Notes under the pieces: generated by a model
Seen by the model: only the letters and a program-made list of their open reading frames with translations
Told to the model about the DNA's origin: nothing
The model's database searches: none
Source: Raillietiella orientalis
Taxonomy: Eukaryota
Direction: 5' to 3'
DNA: 64,000 nt
Assembly (NCBI GenBank): GCA_036172245.1
Contig: JAYWIR010000022.1
Location: 992,001-1,056,000, forward strand
Position numbers and translations under genes: made by a program
Part shown: positions 51,321 to 63,754 of the stretch, in pieces
Position numbering within the stretch: the stretch's first letter is position 1
Layout: every line of letters starts with the position of its first letter

Positions 51321-54300
51321 CTGTTTATCGTATCAGAAACGGACGACGGCAGTAGCACAAGATAGGCAGGAAAACTCAGAAAACTCAGAGCCAAAATTTC
51401 TTTGAAAGAAGACTGAACGAGGCACTTTAAGAACGGAATCCAATACAGTTCTTGGTCTTACACATGTTAACAAAAGTGTCCAATGACCGAAGAGTAGTGC
51501 CTGAAGAACAGACTTAAGACTTCATGGTAAGCTCGGAACGAAGGCAATCTAGTGATCCTGGCCAGCTCTACGTGATCGCCAAAACACGGGGAAGAATTAT
51601 GCTCCTGTTGCAAGAATTCCTCAAGACGATCTTATTCCAAGAAGTCGACTTGTGTTTCCAATTCTGTGACACTGCCATGTTGTTGTTGTTGATCATTATG
51701 TTGTTTCCTTTTTCATCTCCCTATCGCGGTGACTGATTCTCACTTATCCACGTTACTGTTCCTATCCACTCATGACACCGTTGCGCTGTATCCATGTTAT
51801 TGCTTGCGGTCTTCACTTTTCTCCATGTCATTGCTTGCGGTCTGCATTTCTGTGCTACCGCCGTCTTTGCTGCTCCCGGAATACCGTTCCGGACTGCTGT
51901 CCCAATGCCTTGCCTCTGCACAGATAGCTGCACGTACGTCTTTCATTGCCTTTCAATTAATTATTCCTTCTGGTGGTGTTTTATCTCTCCAAGAGAGAAT
52001 ACAAGGAAGTGCACTTCTTTCAGGTCTGTCCAAAACAAAAAGCCCCCGTGGAACCACAAGTATTCCCACCGTACAGGACGCAGATTGACAGATCAATAGA
52101 CTGAGGCAGAATTTTGGCCCTTGCAAAATCAAAAAATCGTCACATCATGGCGCTGAAGAAGAAATTGGAAGACTGAACATTTGTGACGGAAAGGAAAGGC
52201 ACCGAACAGAGAAAGCTCTTCGGAGAAATTCCTAGAAGCTCTTAGAGCAAAAGAGAATTCGCTTTTTCCTGAAGGATTCTCTCCTCAGCATATCTTTCCC
52301 ACGTGGAAGTGGAGGTGAAAGATTTTCTTCCCTTTTTCCTGTTTCGAAAGATTTTCTATGGAGCGTGAAGGGTGGCGGAAATCGATTTATCCGGAAAATC
52401 AGAAAACGCACGGGAAGATAGAAAAGTGCAAGCGCGGGAAGGCATTACAGCGTTTTCTCTCCTCTCCGAAAACTCTTTCGTTTGAAATGGCATTCGTTGA
52501 TGCTATTTTTCCATCTTGGATCCTGCAACCACAAGCAAGAACTGGAAAGTTCGGATTGCTTATAGAACTGGCCACTTGGATTTCCTTTCGAGTCCTCGTC
52601 TTGCGTGATTTTCTAGGTTGACTAACGAACAGCCTTATATAGATGACTTCCTTGCCACTCAAGGGTGCATTGGAGAATCAGCACGGTTTATTCAAGATCT
52701 CGCGTTGTCCCTGATGTCGACTGCTGATCAGAGAGCTTCTACTGCGTTTCTCGAATGTTACCGTCTTTTTTTCTAACATTTTCGGCCTATGAGAAAGAGG
52801 GACTCCCTCTGAATTCAGCGCATGATGCAAGCGGGCATAGTGATAAATCGGGAAGCACGACGGATCCTGGTCTTGGACCCCCAACGAATCCCAAACCTAT
52901 CGGGGAATCTTCCACGCTGACTTGGCTTCCACTCCAGCTTAGTTCTCTTCTCCTTCAAAGTACCCAGTCTGCATTCTGCTTTCCTTCTTTTGTGGTTCTC
53001 ATAGGAAGCACTCCAATGTGATGCGATTTTGTAAACATTTTCCGGTCCTATGACATTTCGGATGAAGCCCTTCATTACGGCGAACAGGCCGTGAATACTG
53101 ATCTCTTCCCTTGATCGAAGAGTACAATGAGATGCTTCTGCATTCTGCCACTGCTGAGTTACTCGAGCTTATTTATTATTTATGGCACGGAAGGCTGCTG
53201 CGTAGCTGACTGATGATTACTGGGCTTTGTTCCTTCAAATCTGGAAAGACATTCAAGTTCTCCGTGGCTTCGCGCCTCGTGAAGTTGAATGATTTTAAAA
53301 GTGCGAATTGGTGAGCGATCACTGTGGATGTCCACATCTCGAGAGCTGGAAGGTCTTTGGCACATCCGCAAGTGCATTCAAGCTGGTTTCGGTGAGTCTT
53401 ACCGGTCCCCCGGACGGACTCGGATACTGGGAACAGTACCAATCTCCACATTATAATGATCCCTGATCTTTCAGAAGTTGTTCCGGTATGCCATTTGGTT
53501 ATTTTTCCCGGTGTTTCGGATGGCAGTCGTGCATGAGCAGAACGAAAGAATGGAACATTTTTGCGTTTCTCAGACGATTCAGAGCAGCGGTCCAACAAAT
53601 ACAGGATGAAGACCAGCAATTTCGCAACGAAGCGGGACCGAAAAAATCTTCCTACACTTCCGAATGAGCTTATCCGAAGAGAGCCTGGTCCACAGGATTC
53701 GACATCCAATGATTTAACCAGCTGACGGGCTGGGTCTCTCTCACAGTTGGGTTTGATGGGAACCATTTCAAAACATGCGGAATTTTGGGGCCATGTACAA
53801 GAAGGTGACCCCCAAAAAATGGTCGCTCCACGAGTCGAGGCATTTCAGTCGACAGAAACTGAAACATGCATAATGGAAGATACTGCTGAACCGCGTGGAA
53901 GATGCCCATTTCAACACGAAGATTCATGATCTTCAGAGATCGCGAAATGCAAACGAAAATACCGGAGGGGGGCTGGATGTTGATAAAAGGAGAAAAGAAA
54001 AGAAAGGCACCAGTTGCTGGTGCATAACTCTTCCGAGTTTCATCCGGATTCGGGGAGCTGCTATCTCACTTCAGGCAAAAAAGTGCCGCAAATTCAAAAC
54101 AGATAAATTGATATGCAAGGGGAAGGATTCCAGGGACGCAGTGATCGTTCTTGATCATAAAACAGCAGTCTAAAATAGAGCTTGAATTCGGAAAATACTC
54201 CGGAAGGCAGAGCAGGAGTCGAAACTCGCTTAAAACCACTTTACCTGATATCTAGAAAGCCAAAAAAAAAAAAAAAGAAGAAGAAGAATTTCCTTGGATG

Positions 54301-55199
54301 CTTTTTCGTTTCTTCGACTTTATCGTCATTATTCCTTGGTTCGTTGTTTGTTTGCCACTTCCGTGTTCGATAATTAAAGCCATCGATAACTGCCATCGAT
54401 GACTAGCATGCCGGGTTCATTCGGCTTGGGAATCAACGGACAAAAGGCACGTCAGCATCGTCTGCTGGGATCCATTGCGCTCAAGGAGGCTCATTCGAAG
54501 CTTCACGACATAAAATCGGATCCGAGCGGAATTCCGCCGCGGAAACGGGAAAACTCTCGCTGCTCGCACGCGCACAACTCGAAAGAAGGAGAAAATCCGT
54601 CTGCTTATGTGTTATGCATGCACGCGTCTCTGCTCCTCCAGCACACACCCTACACACGTGTAGGTGTACGATATGTGTGTTCGTAACGCGTCTGAACGTG
54701 CCCCCGAAGTTTCGGGGACGGTCGCACTGAACAGCGGCACGGCGTCCGTTCTTTTCTTGAAATCCTCCATTTGCTCTTCGCGTGTTGTTTGTCTTGTCAA
54801 CTGACGCGTATCCGCCTTAAAGGGGGACACAGAGAATGAATTCCGCGGCTGTCACTTCCACGTGGATGCGCTGTAACGGGAGCTGGTTTCTTTGCTTCAT
54901 TCTCAAGAGTTCCTTCTTGCATGAAATGCACTACAGGACTGCTACATCTACTACGGGACTCAGGTCTAAACGGAGGCTGTTCTGAAGGAAGAAAGTCGAG
55001 GCCTGTTTTCATGGGGCCTTGCTCTCGCTCACTGCGCCTCCGAAAACTATCTTCCTGCGATTTCAAGGTGATCTGGTTGCTTTAGCATTCCGGCGTGACC
55101 GTTTCAGGGTTCTCCAAGATCGGCGGCCATTTCGCGATCCCGCAGATAAGCGCCCTCCGTTCCCAAGTTTGTTCTCTTGGGCGGTCGAAAGCCACGCTG

Positions 55200-55400
55200 G
55201 AGTTTGAAGGAGAGGAGGAGAGGCGTCGGAACCCCTGATGGAAGTATCCTGCGATGCGAATGGAACAGGAGGAGGAAAAGAGGCCTCAAGGTCCAGCCGC
55301 GGTGGCAGTCGGCGCTGCATCCCGCAGCCTCAACCCTTTCCTAGCTTTGCCTTCCTCCCCCTTCCCCCATGGCATTTTACTGGAGTTCCTCTCTTGCAAT
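55200..55400 (+). repeat. Left arm of a diverged inverted repeat of about 200 bp
   Basis: Aligns by eye to the reverse complement of 57910-58145, e.g. gtggcagtcggcgctgcatcc..cctcaacccttt..ctttgccttcctcccccttccc. Confidence 0.85.
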
Positions 55401-55499
55401 CCCTTCAGGCACTGCTCTTCGACTCAGATTTCTGTCCCGACTGCCACTTCGGTCCCTCGCGGAGTTCCCTGCAACATTTTCCAGCGAACAGCGGCGGAT

Positions 55500-55730
55500 T
55501 TCCTGGATTCTTCAGCAGGTCTATTTTGGGAGACAGCCGTGATGAAGAGGTGAGCATCCTCGAACGAACAGCTCTGAGTTGTGCACGTGCCGTTGCGCTC
55601 TTTTCCGTTCAGTACCTCGTGCTTCTTCTCTGCTCCAGCCGGTCCATCTTTTCCTTGGTTGCCCCAGTGTCCCAAGGAGGAAGGAGCATTCCTCCTGTCC
55701 TGTTCGAGATAGAAGGCCTGGGATACTTCA
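55500..55730 (-). mobile_element. CR1-like LINE ORF2 C-terminal relic
   Basis: RPSISN..PWDTG..MDRLEQRRSTRY (cf. RP.LEY...W.P..i..LE.vQRratR). Confidence 0.4.
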
Positions 55731-56539
55731 CGGGAACTCGGATCTCGCGCGCTCATGCCGCACTTTCTAGGAGGACGCAGCACCCGGTTTGCAGCGCGCA
55801 GCTCATCCTTCCGGGAAGCTCATCGACAAAGGGGAGCAAGGAGCCGGAACTCGGCAAGAGAGCGCGTTGCAAACCGGCAGCCTGAACTTGCGACACTCTC
55901 CTTCGCCGATCCATCCTTTCCTGGGTGCTGAGCCGCACCTTTCGCCCGAGCAGCATCTTTGGTGCTTCCCTCCCGAACGGGCTGCATGTGGGTTTGCTAC
56001 TTTTCCGGAAAGGAACGGGAGCTCCTCAAACGCCGGCCCGCCGATCCTGAGAGAGCAGCTCAGGGTTTCCAAGGAGGGCAGGAGGAGGAGGAAAATGAAG
56101 TGAGAATTCAGTCTTCTGGCTCGCACAGGAAACGCTTCTGTCATGAGTGGATTTCGCTTCTCCCTTCCTCCTTCCCTTCCCTTCCATTTTCCCGCCTATT
56201 TCATTCTATTTTTAAAGAACAGTGGCGACTTCATGGAGAGATCGTTACTGCTGGTTCGGGATAGTGGAAAGCCTTTAGGATTCTTCTGTTTCGCTGTTTA
56301 CCTTCGAGCTTTTTTTTTTTTCTTTTTTTGGTTCGCCAAGTGCTGAAGAACCGTCCGCCTCCTCACGGGAGGTCCAAGAAGCTCTTTTTAACGCTGTCCA
56401 CACCACCCGAGGGTGAGTGTAGCCTTCAATTTAGGGGGGACTTTGGAGGGATCACCACATGAATCCAGGAAGGCTTCAGTGGAAGCGATCCGCTCCTCTC
56501 ACTCTTGGGAGGGAGCTGCGAAGGAGACCCTCTACTCTG

Positions 56540-56760
56540 GTTGTCTCCAAAGGGAACCACCTCTCCGTTCTCTCCAGAGGGACCCTCCGGAAGAGGCCAC
56601 TCCATTATTTCTTCTCCAAAGGGGATCCGGCAAGGATCCGCTCCTGGAATTTCTTCTGAGGGAACCCTCAAGGGAAACGCTTCCTGTTCTCTCCTCTTCT
56701 GAAGAGAACCCCAAAGGGACGCTTCCGAATTTCTCTGAAGGGTTGCTCTCCGAGGGGAGC
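56540..56760. repeat. Degenerate minisatellite with units of about 25-45 bp
   Basis: Recurrent TCT(CC/G)AAGGGAACCC-like core: tctccaaagggaacc, tctccagagggaccc, tctccaaaggggatcc, tctgagggaaccc, tctgaagagaacccc, tctgaaggg. Confidence 0.65.
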
Positions 56761-57040
56761 AGCGCACTTCCTGACACTCCGGAGAGGCATTAGTCAAGCA
56801 GCTGCATGGTTCTCGACGGAGGGTTCCCCACGACAAGGAGAACGGTCCCATTTTCGCAGACGGATGGAACCCCCAAAGGAAGGGTGCCCGGAGCAATCCC
56901 GGCCAATCAACAGAGGCATCCGGGGATTTCCGGCTTCCACCAGTGCCGCACCCGAATAGGCTAGCCGGCATCAACCTGCGGGAGGGACAGAGGACTCGAT
57001 ACTCACGACGCCCCCCCCCCATATCGCGGCGTCGGTCCTT

Positions 57041-57106
57041 CCCCGGGTGGGATTCGAACCCGCGACGCTATGTGCCACGCGCGGAGATCGCAGCCACACG
57101 GCCATC
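57041..57106 (-). mobile_element. tRNA-derived SINE head or tRNA pseudogene
   Basis: A-box-like GATGGCCGTGTGG and a perfect B box GGTTCGAATCC (57050-57060) within a T-arm (CGGGTTCGAATCCC). No convincing acceptor or anticodon stems. GC-rich sequence follows. Confidence 0.65.
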
Positions 57107-57909
57107 TGTTTTATGAGGCTTAGCCAGAAGTGAGGGTCATGCACGTGAAGCCTCCCTCCCCCTTTTTTTTTCTACTTACCGACGAATGCCCTTACATAAT
57201 AAGTGATTCCTACTGGAGCTCCATGGTACTCTTTTGACGGACGCAAGTGTACGCTCAGGGGAGCTTCGCCATTAATCGTGAAGGTAACCGGGAATGACAG
57301 TGACGAGTATCTCTTCCGCATCATTTTCTGGAAAAAGACACCGCTGTTTTACCCGTCAGGTCCCTCGATAGCGGCAGAGAGCGAAGGCATTTTTTTATTT
57401 TTTTGAAGGATACGCAATGTAGCCCTCTACCCCTCCCCATAAAGAGCACAACGGCACGTCACTCATTGGTTGCCTCCCCGGGTTCCTAAGAAGCGAAGGA
57501 GACGGCGTGACGATCCTGTAAGGATGGAGCGGTGATGGTGGAAGAGAGCGGAACAAGTTTACCCTGGACCATTCCGAATCCCCATACTTTTGAATGGTGG
57601 ACGTGGTCATTTTCATTCACCCATGCATTCGGAAAACAAGAAAAGGGGAGGAGGAGGAAGCTACAGGGAGTCCCCATTCTTTGAGGACAAGCTATACTCA
57701 AGGGAGAGTGCAAAGGAAGAACGGTCAAACCGGATAGAGCACCGATGAGCATCTCGACCTTTATGATGTTTCTTGCTCACGATCAAGGTAAGGTTTGCAT
57801 TGTTGAGTCCGTGGCAGCTCCGAAGACGGAACTGGGATGGGCAAAAGTCGTTCAGTTCCTCAGTTCTTCTGCTTCTGGTTCTCGTTCCAGAAAGATTTCC
57901 CTGGCTACC

Positions 57910-58145
57910 CAATTTGTACAGCCCGAGGAACGAGCGTGCCATTCCTTTAGGGAAGGGGGAGGAAGGCAAAGATAGTAAAGGGTTGAGGCCGCTGGATGCA
58001 GCACCGACTGCCACTGTAGACTTTTCTGGGAGATCTGCGGCTGGACCCTGAGGCTTCTTTCACTCCTTCTGTTCTATTCGCGTCGCGAGAGGCTTCCAGC
58101 AGGGATCCTGGTTCCTATGCCTCTCCTCCTCTCTTTCAAATCGCA
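57910..58145 (-). repeat. Right arm of the diverged inverted repeat
   Basis: The reverse complement matches 55200-55400, with substitutions and an insertion of about 20 nt (57998-58036 region). Confidence 0.85.
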
Positions 58146-60599
58146 ACGACTCCACTCCGTAGTACAGATTTTTGTCTGAGATTTTTCGAAACCTCTCCAA
58201 GCTTTCCAAAACTGCATCACCCAGAGCAAGCCCTCTCCTGAGGTTTCCTTCGCAGAAGAGCTTCGGTATCCATGTAACGAGACTTTGCACAAGTGGACTG
58301 TCACAGTTCCTCCCGTTCCCCCACTAAAGCTCGACGTGTCACACTACCCAGTGTGTCTCTCGGACCCAGAAGACTCCGAGCGGAGAAAACTCTAAACCGG
58401 GCAGAAATCTCTTCCCATCATTAGTTCACGGGTCTTTCCTCTTCCGTGCCAAAGTCGCTCATTCTTCCCTCTTCTTCTCTATCCGTCCCACTCGAGAAAG
58501 CACCAGTTTCGGAGTGAATGTCCCTCCTCCAGAGAAATTGCCACTAAGCCTCGGATGCCGTGTACGCGACATTCAATCATCCCAGTGCAGCACCTGTGCT
58601 TGGATTCTTTTCCAAGGGGGAAGCGACCCAGCTGCGGACCGGCTGTTTGCATAGTGAGGTTTGCGACGAGATCTGCAAGATCCCAGCAAGGGTGGGAATG
58701 GGATGGCAGCTGGCAAAGGCATGGTGGAATCAGCTTCCTTCTTCACCTTGCTGGAAAAGGCCTCAACCGCCATGGCACTGTCCTTAAAAGCTCCGAGCAG
58801 GAAGAGCACCTTGCATGCTGAAGGATGGCATTTTCTCTCCTGAGAACCAAAGACTATCGTTGTTTGCGGGAAGTCTCTGGACAGCTTCCGCTTCCAAAAG
58901 CTTTAGTATCCCAAGTCGAAGCTTTCTCAGCTTCTGCGGACGCAAGAGGAACGGTTGCTTTCCCGTCCTTGTGGAGCGAGGCGATCAGCACCAAACATCG
59001 CTTCAAGCTCTCTGCACGCATTCCAATCCGCTTTCAACTCCCTCCCATTCCGTACGGGGACAGCGAGTTCCAGCTTCGCCAGAAGAGATGCCGTCATTCG
59101 GCATGAGAAATGCCGGCAGCTGTTCTTCGGTTTCTGCCTTTTCCTTCTCTGTTCTCGATTTCTCCGAAACCTGGAGTTCCTTCCCTCCTTCTTCCTTGCA
59201 CCAATTTGACCTCCTATCCTCCCCCGCTAGTCACGGGCTGCTGTCTCCACTCCCGATGCCGAAGTGTCTCGTGCGACCCGATAATAGCCCTAAGCTCACT
59301 ACCAGCATTCTCTCTAAGGAGGACGATAGTTCAGGACTCGGGGACAGACAAACGCGGACACCGAAGAGGCGTTAGAAAGATTGGCAATTGCCTGGATTGC
59401 AAGTTCTCCACTCTCTCTATCGGGATCACAAGTGCCTCGTAACATCCCGGAACTACCGCCACGAATACCTTACTGGGTCGTGCCGGTTCATAAAGAACGC
59501 AACGGTGGGAAGGTTTGCCAGGTTTTATTGCCCGTTCGAACGTGGTCCAACCCCATCGAGTGCGGCATTTACCGATCTTACGATCGGAAAATCACATTTT
59601 CTGATCTTTCAATGCGTGCTCTCCCCAGATCGTAAGCGGCTCCTGGAGTGCATTTCTTTCACATTATTTTTGACAAAGGATGGCAAAGACCCTGAAGAGA
59701 GCTTCAATGCGGATCGATTCAAAGTCTTGCAGGGATCGCGTTCGGAGATGCTGCACTCCTTATTCCCTCTTCTGCTGCTGCTCCGCCATTCCTGGACAGC
59801 TTTCGTAGAGGACTTCGCGCTTCATGGAATCAGGGAAGGGAGTTGCCCATCTTGCAGTTGCAGCTGTCTCGGCTGCTGCCTGTCAGACGGACTGAAATCG
59901 TGGCAGTGGAACCGCACAGGATCCGAACGTTTCGATGAAGAAAAAGTTGGAAGGAGGCGACCATGTTCCCATGCTCCTTCGTCCCCTGTGGTGCTGGGAT
60001 GGTTCTTTGCTTGCAAAAATCATCAGCATTTCCACCTAGAGCAAGCGTGGAGTCGAAGAGCCGAAGAACGTTTCCCTGAGTTTCGGGTTCCGCAGCTCAG
60101 ATTTGATGGTGCTTGTTTCAGTATTTTCACGTCTCCTTCCAGTCACTCGGAGCTCCTGAGAGAGATTCATTTCTACTCCACCATTTCCCCAGGTTGTGAG
60201 GGTTTCCAAGGAGACGCTGCTGCGAGGTTTCGAGCAGCCCCCCATGAGCAGCGGGATCGGGGCTGTCTGCTCTACTCTCACGTGTGCAGCCGCCTGCGTC
60301 GAAGCTGTGAACTGCCCCTGGCGCTCAGTAAGAAGAGCTTCAGAAGTCCACAAGCGTTCCGGAGACAGCCACTTCGGAAGGCGACCCGCTCGCGCATGCG
60401 CGAGTCGGTCTGCGCGCATCCGGTGGTACAGATCCGTTCTGGTCTTCTGAGTTCCCGTGGGTTTGTCATCATTCACCCCTTTCAAAAAAGCTTTTGCATC
60501 CGACTTCAGGGTTGTTGAGAGAGCCGGCGGCAGGGTCTTCTGGGACCTCCCTGCCCGCACTCTGAGTACGCGGGGAAACCGTGCACTCGCACACACGAA

Positions 60600-60800
60600 T
60601 CCCCGTGCCCATTAGACTCTTCTCTGCATTTAGTTCTCGTCCCACCATGGTGATCGCCTTAATTCGTGACTTTCGAGCAAGGGAAAACGCCACAAGAATG
60701 CAGACCACCACTCTGTCTGTCACTGACGCCAGCAGCAAGGCTCTCGTCTGAGATCTGCTGTGATCTATGGAGTCGAATGCCTTCGGAAGTTTCCGTTCGT
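60600..60800 (-). mobile_element. Non-LTR reverse transcriptase relic
   Basis: KAFDSIDH motif and VGRELNAEKS (cf. vGL.lN..Kt) in ORF 60469-60975. Confidence 0.45.
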
Positions 60801-63754
60801 CCGGATATGCGGTCTCGCACAGCCCTCTCAGAGATCGAGACGGGTGTAGATGCAACAGGTCGCGATCTCGGGTTCCTAGTTTCCGCTTCTCAGCGGGTGC
60901 AGTATGCTCCTTCAGGACGATGCTCCTCACGCTTCCTCGACTCCGGCTTACTCCTGGGAAACTGCGTGGGAACATCTCCGTTCCTTTAGCGTTCCTTCGG
61001 GAGGGAAGGGTTAGCCCTGCATTTGAGAGAGCAGAGTGAAAGAGGCGGCAGATGAGTGTTTCTCGACAGATGAGTTGCCCGCCGGATATCGTCTCAGGGT
61101 TTTCGGACTTTTGAGAACGAACCAGGTCTCAGAGGTCGCAGACATTGCTGGCGAAGCTAACCGATCGGAAAGTTCCATTGCGGAAAAGTGAAGCACGAGG
61201 AATCAGAAGCTCTGGGATGGTTGCAGTCATCCTGGAGCCTCTTCTGTTCGTCCACCGTGTGTCGAACAACTCAGCCCCTAGCGTTGAACACCCCCTGGAT
61301 GTGGGACACCCACGGTCTGTGTCCCAGTTGGTAGGAAAAGTCACGAAGACTCTAGTGGAAGAAGCTACCGCATTTGCTACTAGGCTCGAAGGGAACTGGG
61401 CATGCGCACGGAGATCGAGCAAGGCTGGTGTCCCTTCGAACCGCAGCTCTGACCCTTCAAATAGGGAGATCTTCCGTGTGAGTCTCTCAAACAATGGGCG
61501 CTCTCCTCTATTTAACTCAGTCCCGAGCGGAGGAACGGAGCCACGACTATTGCGAAGGGGGGCCTTATCCCTCGAAATATCGTCTCCTCCTGATTCATTA
61601 CGTGATGTCATCACAAGGATCCCCAAGACCTTTTTCACCCTCCCAGAGCGCAACCGCCCTCGAACTGATAAGCCCTTTTTTTTTTTTTTTGCCCCAACGC
61701 ATAGCCTGATCGTCTTCAGACCAAGTTCCTCAGCTTGTCCTTTCCAGACGCTCCCTCTCTTCACTCCGGTCCAGCGCTACCGGCGCACACCGGCACGATG
61801 ATCCCGAAGATCAGGGGAAGGGGTGTGTGGTTAGGTAGGACTCCGTATCCACACGAGGGAGGCAAGCATGTCCTTCCCCTTCTGGGAAGTGCTCCCAGAA
61901 AACCACCCAGCGGCGCTGGGATGGTTGACGGCGTTGATGGATGCCATTGCCGCAAGACGTCTGGAGGCAGAGAGGAAGAGGATGCTGCTGGTGCAAGCTC
62001 CCCGGGATTAACTAGGAGGCACACTCGAAGCACTTTCCGCGTGTCGTACCCGAGGTGGCATCTACGCAGCCCGAACGAGGGCAACGCTCGAAACACGCAT
62101 TCGCTGCCCTCCAGAGGTGACTGGGCTTTGGTTTCTTTCGCTCGTCCTCCTCTTGCCCTCCCTCCCTCTGTGCCAAGTTCCCCTTAGCCTGTTCCCTGTC
62201 TCCACTCCATTGGAGACCTGTTGACACATCCTGATATCTCTTTCGTGCAGCTCACTGGGGTCTCTGCAGATCCGCTCCGCGGAAAACTTGCTATTCAGTT
62301 TCCGGTTTCGGCAGTACTCCGCGCTCTCTTCGCCTCCAGTCCGCGTAAGCAGCCGCAGATGATTCCTTGATTCTTCGTTCCCACGTGGGTAAAGCAAGCA
62401 GAGTCGGAGGAGGTGGGCCGAAAAGTGTGCAAAAGGTACTGCGGTAAGAAGGGCAGGAGCGAGTTCTCCCTGAACGGTTTCTCTGGAGACGAGTCCTGCC
62501 AACGGGAGTGACCGATCTTTCCGGAGGGAGGATACTCCCAGACTCTCTGCACAGCCTCGCATTCTTCCGTTCACCTTTCCTAAGAGAGACTCCGCTCTTC
62601 ACGTGACGACACCTCGGAGGTTCCTTCGGGAAACCCCCGAAGAAGTTTTCCCAAGACAGCCTGAAGCTTCCCTCCTGGAATGGGGCTCTTCTGCTTCCTG
62701 GAAGGAAGGGCAGGCAGCACTGAGTTTCTGCAAGGTCCATCCCCCTTCGATCTCCAGATCTTCTCAGGGATAATTATCCACTCATAAAAGCCCCTGATAA
62801 CGTGGTTGCATAATCCCCTCCTCTTTCCTCCCTGTAGGGCAAGGGATCGTCCACGTGATGAGTTTATCCACTCACTCGCCACAGAAAAAGCTTTGCGTCT
62901 TCGGACTTATTCGCAGTAACTTGGCAACGCCTTCTCCAGGGAGCCGGATGGGTCTACCAGCTCAGGTCGGGACATACTGGAACAGTAAGAAACGGAGGAG
63001 GGAGATTGAGACTCTCCCTCCTTGGGAAAGGGAGTGGAGAAGGGAATGAAGAATGGGAATGGAGAGGCAAAAGACGGGTAGCGAGCCTGAAAGGATGCTG
63101 AGACGTTGCGGTTGTTTCCTGACGCATCTCCGACGGAATGAAGCGAAAAGGAAACGAGAAGGGGAAGAAGGCAAGGGCGTCGGCTTCCCTCCTCCCACTT
63201 TTAGAGATTCGCACGTCTCGGGATGGAATCGAGTAGAAAACTGGCGACGGTACCCTCCCAACGGTATTCGACCCGTCTCACGTCCGGCAAGAGAGCGACC
63301 GTTTCCAGACAGAGTCTACACTCCTTTCTTTCTTTTACCCCTGGTATCGTTTTATCCCGGATGGTCAGTTGGTTAGAGAACAGCCCCCTATCCTCCCTTT
63401 CTCTTTCCATGGAACACCACAAAGAGCTCCAGGTGTAGAAGGGTTGTGAAGAGGTCAGAGAAAGTCAGGAAGAAGACTGTCCCAAGAGGAGCGGACAGAT
63501 GCTAGGAGGGGAGGAGGAAGGGAAAGCCATGAAGAAGAAGCTCGAACTCTCGTTCTACCTTTTATAGAAGCCGACTCCCTGTCCATGAGAAAAGATGGAT
63601 GGAGAACATTAAAAAAAGTCGAACTTTGGCGTTATCTTGCCCTGTATCTCCCCCTCCCTCTCCTCCCTCACAGTGGAGCGCGCGCGCGCCGTTTTCCTGT
63701 TCCTCTGAGCTCATTCTTCAGCCCCACCCATCACCTTCCCGCGCTGATGCTCAC

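Noticed and set aside
54644..54666. Small hairpin acaccctacac/gtgtaggtgt
   Set aside because: Lies in degenerate CA/TG microsatellite-like sequence, where such pairing is expected.
57041..57106. Functional tRNA gene
   Set aside because: Only the T arm and B box are convincing. Acceptor and anticodon stems do not form.
58985..59075. Gypsy pre-RT segment (KHRFKL..PIRFQLPPIPY)
   Set aside because: Short, and no downstream reverse transcriptase motifs were recognised.
59388..60518. 376-aa ORF on the + strand
   Set aside because: Non-ATG start, non-protein-like composition and no family motifs.
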